A stretch of 64,000 nt of DNA from an uncultured Candidatus Saccharibacteria bacterium. Lineage in GTDB: Bacteria > Patescibacteriota > Minisyncoccia > Phycocordibacterales > CAIZIN01. Both the position numbers and the translations under genes were made by a program. The notes beneath the pieces were generated by a model. The model worked only from the letters and a program-made list of their open reading frames with translations. It did no database searches and was not told the origin of the DNA. Location of the stretch: contig CAYWWA010000002.1 of NCBI GenBank assembly GCA_964462115.1, positions 6,560 to 70,559 on the forward strand, read 5' to 3'. This document shows, piece by piece, positions 20,420-30,200 of this stretch (the first letter of the stretch is position 1; every line of letters begins with the position of its first letter).

Positions 20420-21715
20420 ATGCTTAAAAAGCAAAAGCCACAATTAAATAAGGTTTCTAAAAAAAAAGCAGCTAAGACTGCTAAACAAAATAAAACGAAC
20501 AAGTTGCCTAAGCGCAGCAGTTCCAGTGATAAAAAAAACAAAACGAGGTCAGAGGTAAAAAAGAAAATTTTAAAAAAAATTGAGAAAAAAAAATCTAAGG
20601 TTTTACCTAAAAAAATAGCTAAAAAAAATAAGAAGCAGGAGCGTAAACAAAACAAATTAGAAGAGCGAGCTAATCGCTTAATTCAAAAAGGAGTTCAGCG
20701 CGGTTTTATTACGCGCGATGATATCCTAAAAGAGTTTCCTTTTATTGAGAGTGATATTGAATTTTATGAGGATTTTTTGGATCGTTTAGAAGAAGCTAGG
20801 ATTGATATTTTAGAACCGGGTGGAATGTTGGATTTAAACGAAAAGGAAATTGTTTATAATCGTGATGATAGTCAACACGATTCAATTCAAATTTATTTAA
20901 AAGAAATCGGAAAATACCCACTAATTACTGCCAGTGAGGAGCGAAATTTAGCTCAAAGAATTTTACGTGGTGATGGGGAGGCAAAAAATATTTTAGCCCA
21001 ATCTAACTTGCGTCTAGTGGTGTCAATTGCTAAAAAATATGTGAACCGGAGCAGAGATTTGACTTTATTAGATTTAATCCAGGAGGGTAACTTGGGATTG
21101 TATCGTGCCGTGGATAAATTTGACTGGGAAAAAGGATTCAAGTTTTCGACTTACGCTACTTGGTGGATTAGACAGGCCATCACCCGAGCCCTAGCTGATC
21201 AATCACGCACTATTCGTATTCCGGTGCATATGGTAGAAACTATTCAGAAGTATAAACAGAGTATCAGAAAATTAACAATGGATTTGGGTCGTGAACCAAT
21301 GGCCGAGGAGGTGGCAGCTGATATGGAGTTAGAAGTAGATAAGATCTATCAGATTGAAAAAATTGATCAAGCAACCGTTTCGTTGGATACCCCAGTCGGA
21401 GATGGTGGCGAAGAAAAAACTACGATGAGTGATTTTGTAGCTGATAGCTCTATCTTGTCCCCCGAAGAGGAAGCAGACCGCCGTATTTTAGCTGATCAAA
21501 TTAATGAAATTTTATCTGGTTTATCAGAAAAAGAAAGAGCGATTTTAGAAATGAGAAATGGTTTGGGTAAATATGATGGAGCCCAGCACACTCTGGAAGA
21601 GGTGGGGGCTGAGTTTGGTGTGACTCGAGAACGAATTAGACAAATTGAATCTAAAGCCCATGAACATATCCGTAGTCACGTGAGAGCCGACCATTTAAAA
21701 ACATATACTAATTAA
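20420..21715 (+). CDS. rpoD: Primary sigma factor RpoD with Lys-rich N-terminal extension
   Basis: [44 protein letters not shown]...TRERIRQIE. Confidence 0.97.
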   Translation: MLKKQKPQLNKVSKKKAAKTAKQNKTNKLPKRSSSSDKKNKTRSEVKKKILKKIEKKKSKVLPKKIAKKNKKQERKQNKLEERANRLIQKGVQRGFITRDDILKEFPFIESDIEFYEDFLDRLEEARIDILEPGGMLDLNEKEIVYNRDDSQHDSIQIYLKEIGKYPLITASEERNLAQRILRGDGEAKNILAQSNLRLVVSIAKKYVNRSRDLTLLDLIQEGNLGLYRAVDKFDWEKGFKFSTYATWWIRQAITRALADQSRTIRIPVHMVETIQKYKQSIRKLTMDLGREPMAEEVAADMELEVDKIYQIEKIDQATVSLDTPVGDGGEEKTTMSDFVADSSILSPEEEADRRILADQINEILSGLSEKERAILEMRNGLGKYDGAQHTLEEVGAEFGVTRERIRQIESKAHEHIRSHVRADHLKTYTN

Positions 21716-21734
21716 AAATTCATCAAGATAATCT

Positions 21735-21767
21735 AAAAAATACCCAACAAAATTGGGTATTTTTTTT
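21735..21767 (+). terminator. Intrinsic terminator after rpoD
   Basis: AAAAAATACCCAA-loop-TTGGGTATTTTTTTT. Confidence 0.8.
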
Positions 21768-21791
21768 ATCTGTGTTAAAATAAAAACTATT

Positions 21792-24413
21792 ATGTTATTA
21801 ATTAATGAACAAAAAGATAAAAAATTTTGGGCCCTGCCAGCTGATGAGGTCTTAACTTTATTAGAAAGTGATAAAGAAACTGGTTTAGATGAGGTGGAGG
21901 TGAAAGATAGACTAAAGCGGTTTGGTGCCAATATCATTCAGGGGGAATATAAGAATACTAAAATAAAAATTTTATTAGAACAATTATTATCTCCGTTAAT
22001 TTTAATACTAATTATTGCTGGGACGGTTTGTTTATTTATCCAAGAATGGAAAGACGCCGGTTTTATCTTTTTAGCAGTCTTCGTTAATACTATTCTAGGT
22101 TTTTACCAAGAAAATAAAGCGGACGAAGCTCTGGCTTCTCTAAAAAACTATCTAAGAGAGCAGTGCCTAATTATCCGCGAAGGCAAAGAAAAAAAAGTTG
22201 ATGTTAATGAAGTGGTAATTGGTGATATAATCCACCTTAGTCAAGGTGACAGGGTGCCAGCCGATGCCAGACTAATATCGGTAAATGATCTAGAAGTAGA
22301 TGAAGCAGTTTTAACTGGTGAAAGTTTACCAGCAGACAAACAGATTTTAGCTGTAAAAGAAAATGTTGGTATACCTGATCAAACTGGAATGGTATTTGCC
22401 GGAACCCTAGTGATGCAGGGTGCCGCCATCGCGGTGGTGGTGCGAACTGGTAGAAATACTGAAATTGGTAAAATTGCGACTTTACTGGCCGAGTCTAAAG
22501 GTGAAAAAACCCCACTGCAAAAAACCCTAACCACTTTCACGATGTGGTCAGGGTTGGTTTTAATTTTATTAACTGTGGTTGTTTTTATAATAGGTACTGT
22601 ATCGGGAGAGGGCTGGGTGGCAATGTTTTTGGTTGCCGTCGCCATTGCGGTTGGGTCAATCCCAGAGGGTTTACCGATTTCTATGACAGTAGTCTTGGCA
22701 GTTGGAGTAGAAAGAATGGCAAAACGTAAAGGGGTGGTGCGTAAATTAATGGCGGCCGAAACACTTGGTTCAGCTTCAATAATTTTGACTGATAAAACTG
22801 GAACACTAACACAGGCCAAAATGATTCTGAATAAAATAATTGGCTTTGATTTTGAAGAAGATCAATTATTGCGCTTTGCTTTAACTAATACCGCGGTAGT
22901 AGTAGAAAATCCTGAAGATAAGGTGGATGATTGGCGTATAGATGGAAAAATTATGGACGTGGCCTTGGTGCGAGAAGCAGGTAAACGTGGTATTAAACTG
23001 AGTGAAGTTTTAGCGCAAAGCAATATTTTACAAACCCTGCCATTCAATTCAACTCAAAAATATTCAGCCAGCCTAATTAAAGAGGGAGATAAACATAAAA
23101 TGTTATTTGTTGGTGCTCCAGATGTCTTACTCAAACAAGTTAATGTGGATCCTGCCGTAAAGAAACATTTAGAAAAACGAGTGGAAGAGTTGGCTTTTGC
23201 TGGTAATAGGGTTTTAGGTATCGCCAGCAAAGATTTAAATAAAATTAGTGCTAATTTTTCAATCACCCACGACAACATTTTAACTGAGATAAAACTAATT
23301 GGATTATTTGTTTTTAATGATCCAATCCGTCCTCATATTAAAGAAACTATTGCTCAAATTTCTATGGCGGGTATTAGAACAATAATCATGACCGGTGATC
23401 ATAAGGGAACTGCTATGGCGGTAGCTAAAGAAGTTGGTTTAAAAATAGATGGAAACTCAGTCTTGGACGCTAGTGAGTTAACTAAGTTGAGTGATACGGA
23501 GTTATCAAGCAGGTTACAACATCTTGCTGTGGTTTCTCGAGTTACCCCAGAAGATAAATTGCGTATCGCTAAACTTTTCCAAAAGGCGGGTGAAATTGTA
23601 GCTATGACTGGCGATGGAGTGAATGATGCTCCAAGTATCAAACAGGCTGATGTTGGTATCGCTATGGGATCGGGAACTGACGTGTCTCGTAACGTAGCCG
23701 ATTTGGTGCTGTTGGATGATAATTTTGAAACCGTGGTTGCTGCCATTGAAGAGGGAAGACAAATTCTAAAAAACCTAAAAAAGACCCTAACTTACAATTT
23801 CTTAAACGTAGCTGATTCCTTATGTTTAATTACTGGTTCATTATTGATTGGATTACCGCTACCGATGAACGCACTGCAGATCCTTTGGGTTAATTTCTTT
23901 TCTGATAGTTTTCCATCTATCGCTTTTGCCTTTGAACAAGAAAAAAATATTTTTGCCACTCCGCAGCATAAACGACAGACCTTATTTGATCCTTTGATGA
24001 AAAATATTATCTTATTTGCTGGTATCCTAACCTCAGTGCTCTTGTTATTTATTTACTGGTCATTATCAGTCTGGACCGAGATTGACGGCAAAACTATTCG
24101 CACCTTCATTTTCTTTACCTTCGGAATTTATACTATGTTTTGTACTTTTCCAATGCGTCAAATGCAAAAAAATATTTGGCAATATAATCCGCTTGAAAAT
24201 AAATTCTTAAATGGTGCTTCAATTTTAGGGTTGTGTCTAATGTTTTTAGCTATTTACGCACCTTTTATGCAAGACTTATTAGGAACAGTGGCCTTGTCGG
24301 GTCGGTGGTTTTTAGCAGCTATAGCCTTTTCTATAACAGCCATAGGTTTAATTGAGGCAGTTAAGGCTGTATTTAGAGTTAAAAGAAACAAACTTAAAGC
24401 TTATGTTAAATAA
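21792..24413 (+). CDS. P2A-type cation (Ca2+-like) transporting P-type ATPase
   Basis: TGES, IPEGL, DKTGT, MTGD, GDGVND, QILWVN. Confidence 0.95.
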   Translation: MLLINEQKDKKFWALPADEVLTLLESDKETGLDEVEVKDRLKRFGANIIQGEYKNTKIKILLEQLLSPLILILIIAGTVCLFIQEWKDAGFIFLAVFVNTILGFYQENKADEALASLKNYLREQCLIIREGKEKKVDVNEVVIGDIIHLSQGDRVPADARLISVNDLEVDEAVLTGESLPADKQILAVKENVGIPDQTGMVFAGTLVMQGAAIAVVVRTGRNTEIGKIATLLAESKGEKTPLQKTLTTFTMWSGLVLILLTVVVFIIGTVSGEGWVAMFLVAVAIAVGSIPEGLPISMTVVLAVGVERMAKRKGVVRKLMAAETLGSASIILTDKTGTLTQAKMILNKIIGFDFEEDQLLRFALTNTAVVVENPEDKVDDWRIDGKIMDVALVREAGKRGIKLSEVLAQSNILQTLPFNSTQKYSASLIKEGDKHKMLFVGAPDVLLKQVNVDPAVKKHLEKRVEELAFAGNRVLGIASKDLNKISANFSITHDNILTEIKLIGLFVFNDPIRPHIKETIAQISMAGIRTIIMTGDHKGTAMAVAKEVGLKIDGNSVLDASELTKLSDTELSSRLQHLAVVSRVTPEDKLRIAKLFQKAGEIVAMTGDGVNDAPSIKQADVGIAMGSGTDVSRNVADLVLLDDNFETVVAAIEEGRQILKNLKKTLTYNFLNVADSLCLITGSLLIGLPLPMNALQILWVNFFSDSFPSIAFAFEQEKNIFATPQHKRQTLFDPLMKNIILFAGILTSVLLLFIYWSLSVWTEIDGKTIRTFIFFTFGIYTMFCTFPMRQMQKNIWQYNPLENKFLNGASILGLCLMFLAIYAPFMQDLLGTVALSGRWFLAAIAFSITAIGLIEAVKAVFRVKRNKLKAYVK

Positions 24414-25356
24414 TATATTTATACTAGCCGCTTCATTGTATTTTGTGATTATGGCGGCCGAATTGGCAACTAAATATGCTACCGGTTTAGCAAAACATTT
24501 TAGACTTTCTAAACACACAGTGGGTGTATTGGTGGTAGCAGTTATCTCTATTTTGCCAGAAACATTTATCTCAGTGACTTCAGCGCTTCATGGCGAGTCA
24601 GAGGTTGGTTTGGGTATGTTATTTGGGGCTAATATTGCAGACCTGACACTGATAATGGGCTTAATAGTTTTGTTGGCTGGAGCTACTAGTCTAAAAGTTA
24701 ATAAAAAGATTTTAAAAGAAAATAAAATTTATCCACTTTTTATGCTATTGCCGGTTATTTTTGGTTTAGATGGAGTCTACACCAGATTTGATGGATTATC
24801 CCTAGTAGTAGCAGGAGCAATTTTTTATTATCTAACTTTTAAAAACAATGTGGTGGATCAGCCAGCCGAAAATGAGCTGCCAATTCAAAGTGGTCGGGCT
24901 AAAAATGCTTTAGCCCTTTTGTCCAGTATGGCGCTTTTATTAGTAGCGGCAAACTATGTAGTTTCTTCCTCAGTAGGCTTGGCAGAGCAATTAGAAATTA
25001 GTCCGATTCTGATTTCGATGGTATTGATTGCTGTTGGTACCACTGTACCAGAATTCATCTTTTCTTATAAGGCGGTTAAAAAGAATGAGGACGCTTTGGC
25101 TTTGGGTGATTTGTTGGGGACTGTTTTGGCTAACGCCACCATTGTGACTGGAATACTGGTCTTAATTAACCCATTTACAGTTAATAAGGCAATTATTTAT
25201 GTTTCCGGCACCTTTATGGTGGTAGCAGCCTTTTTACTGTTTAAGTTTATGCATTCTAATCGTAATGTGTCTAGAAATGAAGCGGTGTGGTTAATATTGT
25301 TCTGGGTTTGTTTCGTTTTTGTTCAATTTGTCACACAGGAATTTATCATCAACTAA
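24403..25356 (+). CDS. Na+/Ca2+ (CaCA family) antiporter
   Basis: Two alpha repeats (ISILPE...GANI; GTTVPE...GT..AN), about 10 TMs. Confidence 0.88.
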   Translation: MLNNIFILAASLYFVIMAAELATKYATGLAKHFRLSKHTVGVLVVAVISILPETFISVTSALHGESEVGLGMLFGANIADLTLIMGLIVLLAGATSLKVNKKILKENKIYPLFMLLPVIFGLDGVYTRFDGLSLVVAGAIFYYLTFKNNVVDQPAENELPIQSGRAKNALALLSSMALLLVAANYVVSSSVGLAEQLEISPILISMVLIAVGTTVPEFIFSYKAVKKNEDALALGDLLGTVLANATIVTGILVLINPFTVNKAIIYVSGTFMVVAAFLLFKFMHSNRNVSRNEAVWLILFWVCFVFVQFVTQEFIIN

Positions 25357-25390
25357 AAAATCAACCTAAATAAAAACCACCTAAATCGTG

Positions 25391-25598
25391 GTTTTTATTA
25401 TTTTGTTGCGGGGGTCGGAATCGCCCTGCATAAAATCCTCGTCGCCACTCGGATTTTTGCTCGGGCCTGCTCTCGGTCAAATTTTTTGCTAAAAATTTGA
25501 CCTGCGATCTTCGATTCCTCCTTCCTGCTAATAAAATATAATAAAAACTCTTTCCAGAAGTCAGAGTTTTTATTATTTTGTTGCGGGGGTCGGAATCG
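25391..25598 (-). repeat. 175-bp structured element bounded by 33-bp direct repeats that include the tRNA-fMet 3' end
   Basis: GTTTTTATTATTTTGTTGCGGGGGTCGGAATCG at 25391-25423 and 25566-25598; internal hairpins. Confidence 0.9.
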
Positions 25599-25652
25599 AA
25601 CCGACAGTCCCAAGGTTATGAGCCTTGTGAGTTACCGTTACTCCACCCCGCT
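25581..25652 (-). tRNA. tRNA-Met(CAT), initiator-type
   Basis: AGCGGGG/CCCCGCA acceptor with 1:72 mismatch; CAAGG-CTCATAA-CCTTG anticodon arm. Confidence 0.93.
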
Positions 25653-25726
25653 ATAAACTTCTTTGATAATATCATTCTTTTCAGAAAAAAGCAAGTGCAA
25701 AAATGTTTAATTTTTTCACCAAAATA

Positions 25727-26614
25727 TTATTTAAGCCCTCGCAAAAAATCTAGCCAATTCATTTCTTTTTTACCTTCTGGAATCACTGTTAAGATTTCTA
25801 ATTTTTCATTTTTAAGTTCAGCTGTTTTAATCACAAGGCGGATTTGTTTGTGATTGTGCTCTACTAAAGTCCAAGCGTTTGGCCAACCATAATAGGCTTG
25901 AATTTTTAAGAAATTTTTTCGTGCTAAATTACTTTGTTGCAAATCTTGCCAACTAATTTCAGCCTCCTGTTTATTGATTTTTTTAGTATAACTAGCCTCT
26001 GCGTGATTTTGAGCTTGGGGAGTAATTTTGTTCTCTATCCAATCTGGCAAAATCTCAACCAGCAACCTTGCATTTAGCTCTGCTAATTTTTGTTCCAGAA
26101 TCTCTCGGTTAAAAATTTCTGAATTCCCAAGCTGAGCTTGTTTTAAAATTGGCCCATGATCCATTTCTTTATCTAACAACATGACCGACACCCCGATATT
26201 TTTTTCATCATCTAAAATTTGATATTCAATGGGAGCAGGACCGCGATATTTAGGTAAAAGTGATGGATGAGCGTTAAGGGTCTGGTGGGGTGGTAGCCCC
26301 AAAAATCTTTCAGGAATTATTTTGCCATAGGAGGCTACAATCGCTACATCAACCCGGTGTTGAGAGATAAAATTTTGTAAAAACTCAAAAGCTTCCTCAT
26401 CTAACTTATTTGGCTGAAAAATCGGCACCTGATTATTTTGAGCCCAAATTTTGGTCAGGGTGGGCTTAATTTCCATTTTACGACCTTGGGCTTGATCGGG
26501 GGTTGAAACAATCAAGCAGGGCTTAAAATTAGCCTTTAACAAGGTGTCCAAGATGAAAACGGAAAATTCTGAAGTGCCGTAAAAAATAAAATTAATTTGG
26601 GGCATGGGTGACAT
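25727..26614 (-). CDS. fmt: Methionyl-tRNA formyltransferase
   Basis: FYGT..F, PD...GR, VASYGKI, NAHPSLLPKYRG, MDHGPI. Confidence 0.96.
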   Translation of the reverse strand: MSPMPQINFIFYGTSEFSVFILDTLLKANFKPCLIVSTPDQAQGRKMEIKPTLTKIWAQNNQVPIFQPNKLDEEAFEFLQNFISQHRVDVAIVASYGKIIPERFLGLPPHQTLNAHPSLLPKYRGPAPIEYQILDDEKNIGVSVMLLDKEMDHGPILKQAQLGNSEIFNREILEQKLAELNARLLVEILPDWIENKITPQAQNHAEASYTKKINKQEAEISWQDLQQSNLARKNFLKIQAYYGWPNAWTLVEHNHKQIRLVIKTAELKNEKLEILTVIPEGKKEMNWLDFLRGLK

Positions 26615-26702
26615 TTGATGATTATAACATTTTTACTTAAATATATCTATTTAGATTATTTTATCCACTACTAAATATTTTTTCTATGCTATAATGTTAA
26701 GA

Positions 26703-27587
26703 ATGATTTTAAGCACAAGAAAAAAAATTAAGAGAGCTGTTTTATTAACTACATTATTTTATGGATTAAGTTTTTTAAATCTGTCTCCAGTCTCAGCTAT
26801 TCAAATTCAAGATAAATATCAAAATATTGGTGGTGAAAAAGTAAAAATTTTATTAGTTCCAGGACATGATCTAAAAAGTGGCGGGGCAGAAATTGACGGA
26901 CTCAAGGAGCGAGAGATTGTGGTCAAAGTGGCAGAAGCGCTAAATCAACTATTGGAGGACGACCATAGAATTAAAGTGGTGCAGATTCGCGATAGCGAGA
27001 AATGGAACCCTGATTTTAAAAAATATTTATCATCACGTAATGTGAAGAAGGTGGTAGGGTGGATTGAAGCAAGTAAGAAGAAATTTAATAGTAAAAAAGT
27101 TAATAGGGAGATATTTGATAATGTGGTGGTTTATCACAATACTGTCAACACCCGCACCAGAGACCGGTTGTATGCTATCAATAAATTTGCCAATGATAAT
27201 AATTTTGATTTAGTGCTCAACCTACATTTCAATGATTATCCTAATCGTATAGTTGGCGAAGAAAAATATCGCGGTTTTGCAATTTATATTCCAGACCAGG
27301 CTTATAAAAATAGTGCCAATAGTGAGGCAATTGCTAAGTCTGTTTTTAACAGCCTGCTCAAAGTTAATACAGTTAGTAACTTGCCCGGTGAAAATACTGG
27401 CGTCGTCTATGATCCAGAATTGATTGCTGTTGGGGCTTATAATACACTCAAGGCTCCTAGCTTACTAATTGAATATGCCTATCTTCATGAACTACTAAAC
27501 TTAACTGAAACCGAGTGGGAAGAAAAAATTACCGCTTTAGCTGTGGCCACCTATGAAGGCTTGCAAAATTTTTTACAAAGCAAATAA
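26703..27587 (+). CDS. N-acetylmuramoyl-L-alanine amidase (Amidase_3)
   Basis: Signal/TM segment; LVPGH, E, LNLHFN, LLIE Zn-binding and catalytic motifs. Confidence 0.85.
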   Translation: MILSTRKKIKRAVLLTTLFYGLSFLNLSPVSAIQIQDKYQNIGGEKVKILLVPGHDLKSGGAEIDGLKEREIVVKVAEALNQLLEDDHRIKVVQIRDSEKWNPDFKKYLSSRNVKKVVGWIEASKKKFNSKKVNREIFDNVVVYHNTVNTRTRDRLYAINKFANDNNFDLVLNLHFNDYPNRIVGEEKYRGFAIYIPDQAYKNSANSEAIAKSVFNSLLKVNTVSNLPGENTGVVYDPELIAVGAYNTLKAPSLLIEYAYLHELLNLTETEWEEKITALAVATYEGLQNFLQSK

Positions 27588-27590
27588 TAA

Positions 27591-27636
27591 AAAAGATACC
27601 CCAACTCAAGCCTGAAGCAGAGTTGGGGTGTTTTTT
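27591..27636. terminator. Bidirectional terminator
   Basis: ACCCCAACTC-loop-GAGTTGGGGT flanked by A/T tracts between convergent genes. Confidence 0.75.
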
Positions 27637-28048
27637 AAATAGAAATGGCACAAATGTCACGTTTTAATTTTAGCGTTAATTGCGCCACTGTCTCATTCCA
27701 AACCGATTTAGTGAATAGGTCATCAAAGACCACTAGAATTATCAACTTACCCTGGTTGAGAGCCAGCAAATTGGCAACACGTTCGGGATCATAAGATATC
27801 CCACGTAGAGCCAGATCTTCGCTTGCGATAGCCTCGGTTGCAAAAAATTTTGGGTTGGCAATAATTTCAGCCGTTTGCCTGACAAAATTGATTGGCGTGT
27901 AAAAAATTTTAACCTCACCAATCTTACTATCAGCCAACTCTTTCCAAAGTTGGCAAGCTCGCCTATGCACTTGGCTACTTCCATAATCTGTAAGGTCGTT
28001 TCCTTTTCGTTCTCCGTTTTTGAAGACGCAAACTAAAGAAATGCTCAT
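27635..28048 (-). CDS. Degenerate histidine-phosphatase (SixA-like) fold protein
   Basis: VFKNGE (in place of RHG), LTDYG..Q, YTP..FVRQTAEII; SD GGGAG upstream. Confidence 0.55.
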   Translation of the reverse strand: MSISLVCVFKNGERKGNDLTDYGSSQVHRRACQLWKELADSKIGEVKIFYTPINFVRQTAEIIANPKFFATEAIASEDLALRGISYDPERVANLLALNQGKLIILVVFDDLFTKSVWNETVAQLTLKLKRDICAISI

Positions 28049-28212
28049 CGTTTTTCTCCCGCTGACCAGACTAATAAGTCTCACAAAAGTTTTGTTTGTG
28101 ATAAAAAACTCTAAGCCTGATAGTCTTGTAAAAGAACTTACTATATATAATCATATTTTTAGAGATAAGTCAATTAGTTGTTTTCAAGCAAAAATAGAGT
28201 TATAATATTTAA

Positions 28213-30138
28213 ATGGCAACCGCAAATAAAGAATCAAATATTATTTTTGAACAACAATATAAAAAATTAAACAAGAAACAAAAACAAGCGGTAGACACTA
28301 TTGATGGTCCTTTATTAGTAGTGGCTGGTCCAGGCTCTGGCAAAACTGAAATATTATCTTTACGGGTGGGGAAAATTTTACAAAAAAGTCATGGTATATC
28401 ACCAAGCAATATCTTGTGTCTAACTTTTACCGATGCTGCCGCTAGCAACATGCGTCAACGTTTAGCAAAATATATTGGTGAGAGTGCCTATAAGGTTGGT
28501 ATCTATACTTTTCATTCTTTTTGTCAGGATATCATTCAAAAATATCCAGAGTATTTTTTTAATAATGCCACTTTTAATGTACCAAGCGAAGCGGAAAAGT
28601 TTCAAGTAATGACTGAAATTTTTAACCAACTACCCGAAGGGGAAGGGAAGCATCCGCTCAATTCTTTCCACCCAGAGCAAGGTTATGTATTTTTAAATCC
28701 CGCTCTGCAAAATATTTCCAAACTTAAACGCGAAGGTGTTTCTCCAGAAGATTTTGAACAGATTTTAGCGTGCAATATGGCAGATATGGAAAAAATTAAT
28801 AAAATTTTATCGCCTATTTTTAGTGAACGCGTATCTAGCAAAACTATCAATAAACTAGATGAAGTTTTAGAAGAAGTAAAAAAAATTGCAGTTAAAAGCA
28901 AAGAGGCTTTTCCTAATAAACACTCCTATCAAAATTATGCCGAAGTGTTGTGGCAAGATTTAGCTAAGGCAATCAGCGCTCACAATTTATCAGAATTTAA
29001 ATCTGATAATTTCAAAAAAATGGACGAAGTTTCAGTTTTAAAAGACTTCGTTAATTTACCCAAAATTAAAGCGTTTGCGCAGGTTTATAAAAATTATTTG
29101 ACCAAAATGTTTGAAAGGGGATTTTATGATTTTGACGATATGATCATGCATTGTTTAAATATTTTGGAAGGAGAAAGAGATTTGCGAGCAATGTTACAGG
29201 AACAATACCAATATATTTTGGTTGATGAGTTTCAGGATTCCAACGATCCGCAGATGCGTTTAATTAAGTGTTTAACCTCTGATGTAGAACAGCCCAACAT
29301 TATGGTGGTAGGAGACGATGATCAAGCTATCTACAAATTTCAAGGAGCAAACATTGCCAATATTTTAAATTTTAACGAAAATTATGCTGGCAAAACTATA
29401 ACCATGGTGGAGAACTATCGTTCTTCCCAAGATATTTTAGATTTAGCTAGCTTTATGATTAGAAAAGGACAAAACAGGTTAGAAAATATAAATCCCCAAA
29501 TTAGTAAAGAATTAGTGGCGTCTAGGCCTGAGCCGTTGGAGGGTGAAATTGGTTTTTTATCTTTCCCCAGCCAACCTGATGAATTTACCTTTATCGCTTC
29601 TGAGGTAAAAAAAATAATTAACAACGGAACTAAAGCTGAAGAAATTGCCGTGTTATCTCGTGATCACAAAACTCTGCAAAAACTAGTGCCATATTTTCAT
29701 CATCAAAAAATTTCCATTGCCTACGAAAAACAACGCAATGTCTTAAAGGATGCTCGCATAAAACAAATTATTACCATTATTGAATATTTAGATTCATTTG
29801 GACAAGAGAACAAAGAAGAAAGAGATGATTTGCTGCCAGCAATAATGGCTATGCCGTTTTGGGAAATACCCAGAATTGAAATTTGGAAAGTGGCCCAAAA
29901 AACTGGTTGGAAAGAGAGTGGACTTGATCAAAACGGAGATAAAAAATTTATCAACAAAAAATGGTTAGAGGTTATGTTGGAAAGCTCTCATCAAAAAGTT
30001 AGAGGACTAGCCGAGTTTTTATTGGAATTGCAAATAGACGCTAAAAATGTTCCTCTAGAAAAAATATTAGATCGGATTATTGGTTCTAAAATAAATTACA
30101 CCCATACCACAGATGAAGAAGAAAATGAAGAGCTATAG
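28213..30138 (+). CDS. N-terminal half of a split UvrD/AddA-like helicase-nuclease (SF1 motifs Q-IVa)
   Basis: LNKKQ, AGPGSGKT, LTFTDAAA, TFHSF, DEFQD, VGDDDQAIYKFQGA, ENYRS, AVLSR; ends in an acidic tail with no motifs V/VI. Confidence 0.92.
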   Translation: MATANKESNIIFEQQYKKLNKKQKQAVDTIDGPLLVVAGPGSGKTEILSLRVGKILQKSHGISPSNILCLTFTDAAASNMRQRLAKYIGESAYKVGIYTFHSFCQDIIQKYPEYFFNNATFNVPSEAEKFQVMTEIFNQLPEGEGKHPLNSFHPEQGYVFLNPALQNISKLKREGVSPEDFEQILACNMADMEKINKILSPIFSERVSSKTINKLDEVLEEVKKIAVKSKEAFPNKHSYQNYAEVLWQDLAKAISAHNLSEFKSDNFKKMDEVSVLKDFVNLPKIKAFAQVYKNYLTKMFERGFYDFDDMIMHCLNILEGERDLRAMLQEQYQYILVDEFQDSNDPQMRLIKCLTSDVEQPNIMVVGDDDQAIYKFQGANIANILNFNENYAGKTITMVENYRSSQDILDLASFMIRKGQNRLENINPQISKELVASRPEPLEGEIGFLSFPSQPDEFTFIASEVKKIINNGTKAEEIAVLSRDHKTLQKLVPYFHHQKISIAYEKQRNVLKDARIKQIITIIEYLDSFGQENKEERDDLLPAIMAMPFWEIPRIEIWKVAQKTGWKESGLDQNGDKKFINKKWLEVMLESSHQKVRGLAEFLLELQIDAKNVPLEKILDRIIGSKINYTHTTDEEENEEL

Positions 30139-30200
30139 AAATCAATTAGAATTGCACAAAAAACTTTATTTATTATACTGGATTAAGATATAATAGGGTA

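Noticed and set aside
20420-20660. Lys-rich low-complexity N-terminus of RpoD as a novel domain
   Set aside because: Such extensions are commonly seen in CPR sigma70 proteins; not distinctive.
25398-25853. ORFs 25398-25613 (-) and 25578-25853 (+)
   Set aside because: They overlap the tRNA-Met gene, its repeat element and fmt; spurious.
30100-30200. Split intein or trans-spliced intron joining the half-genes
   Set aside because: No intein block A/G residues at any break. The sequence after UvrD-N is just the next promoter, UvrA-N ends 14 nt from the convergent pbpC stop, and lepA-N overlaps the next start codon.
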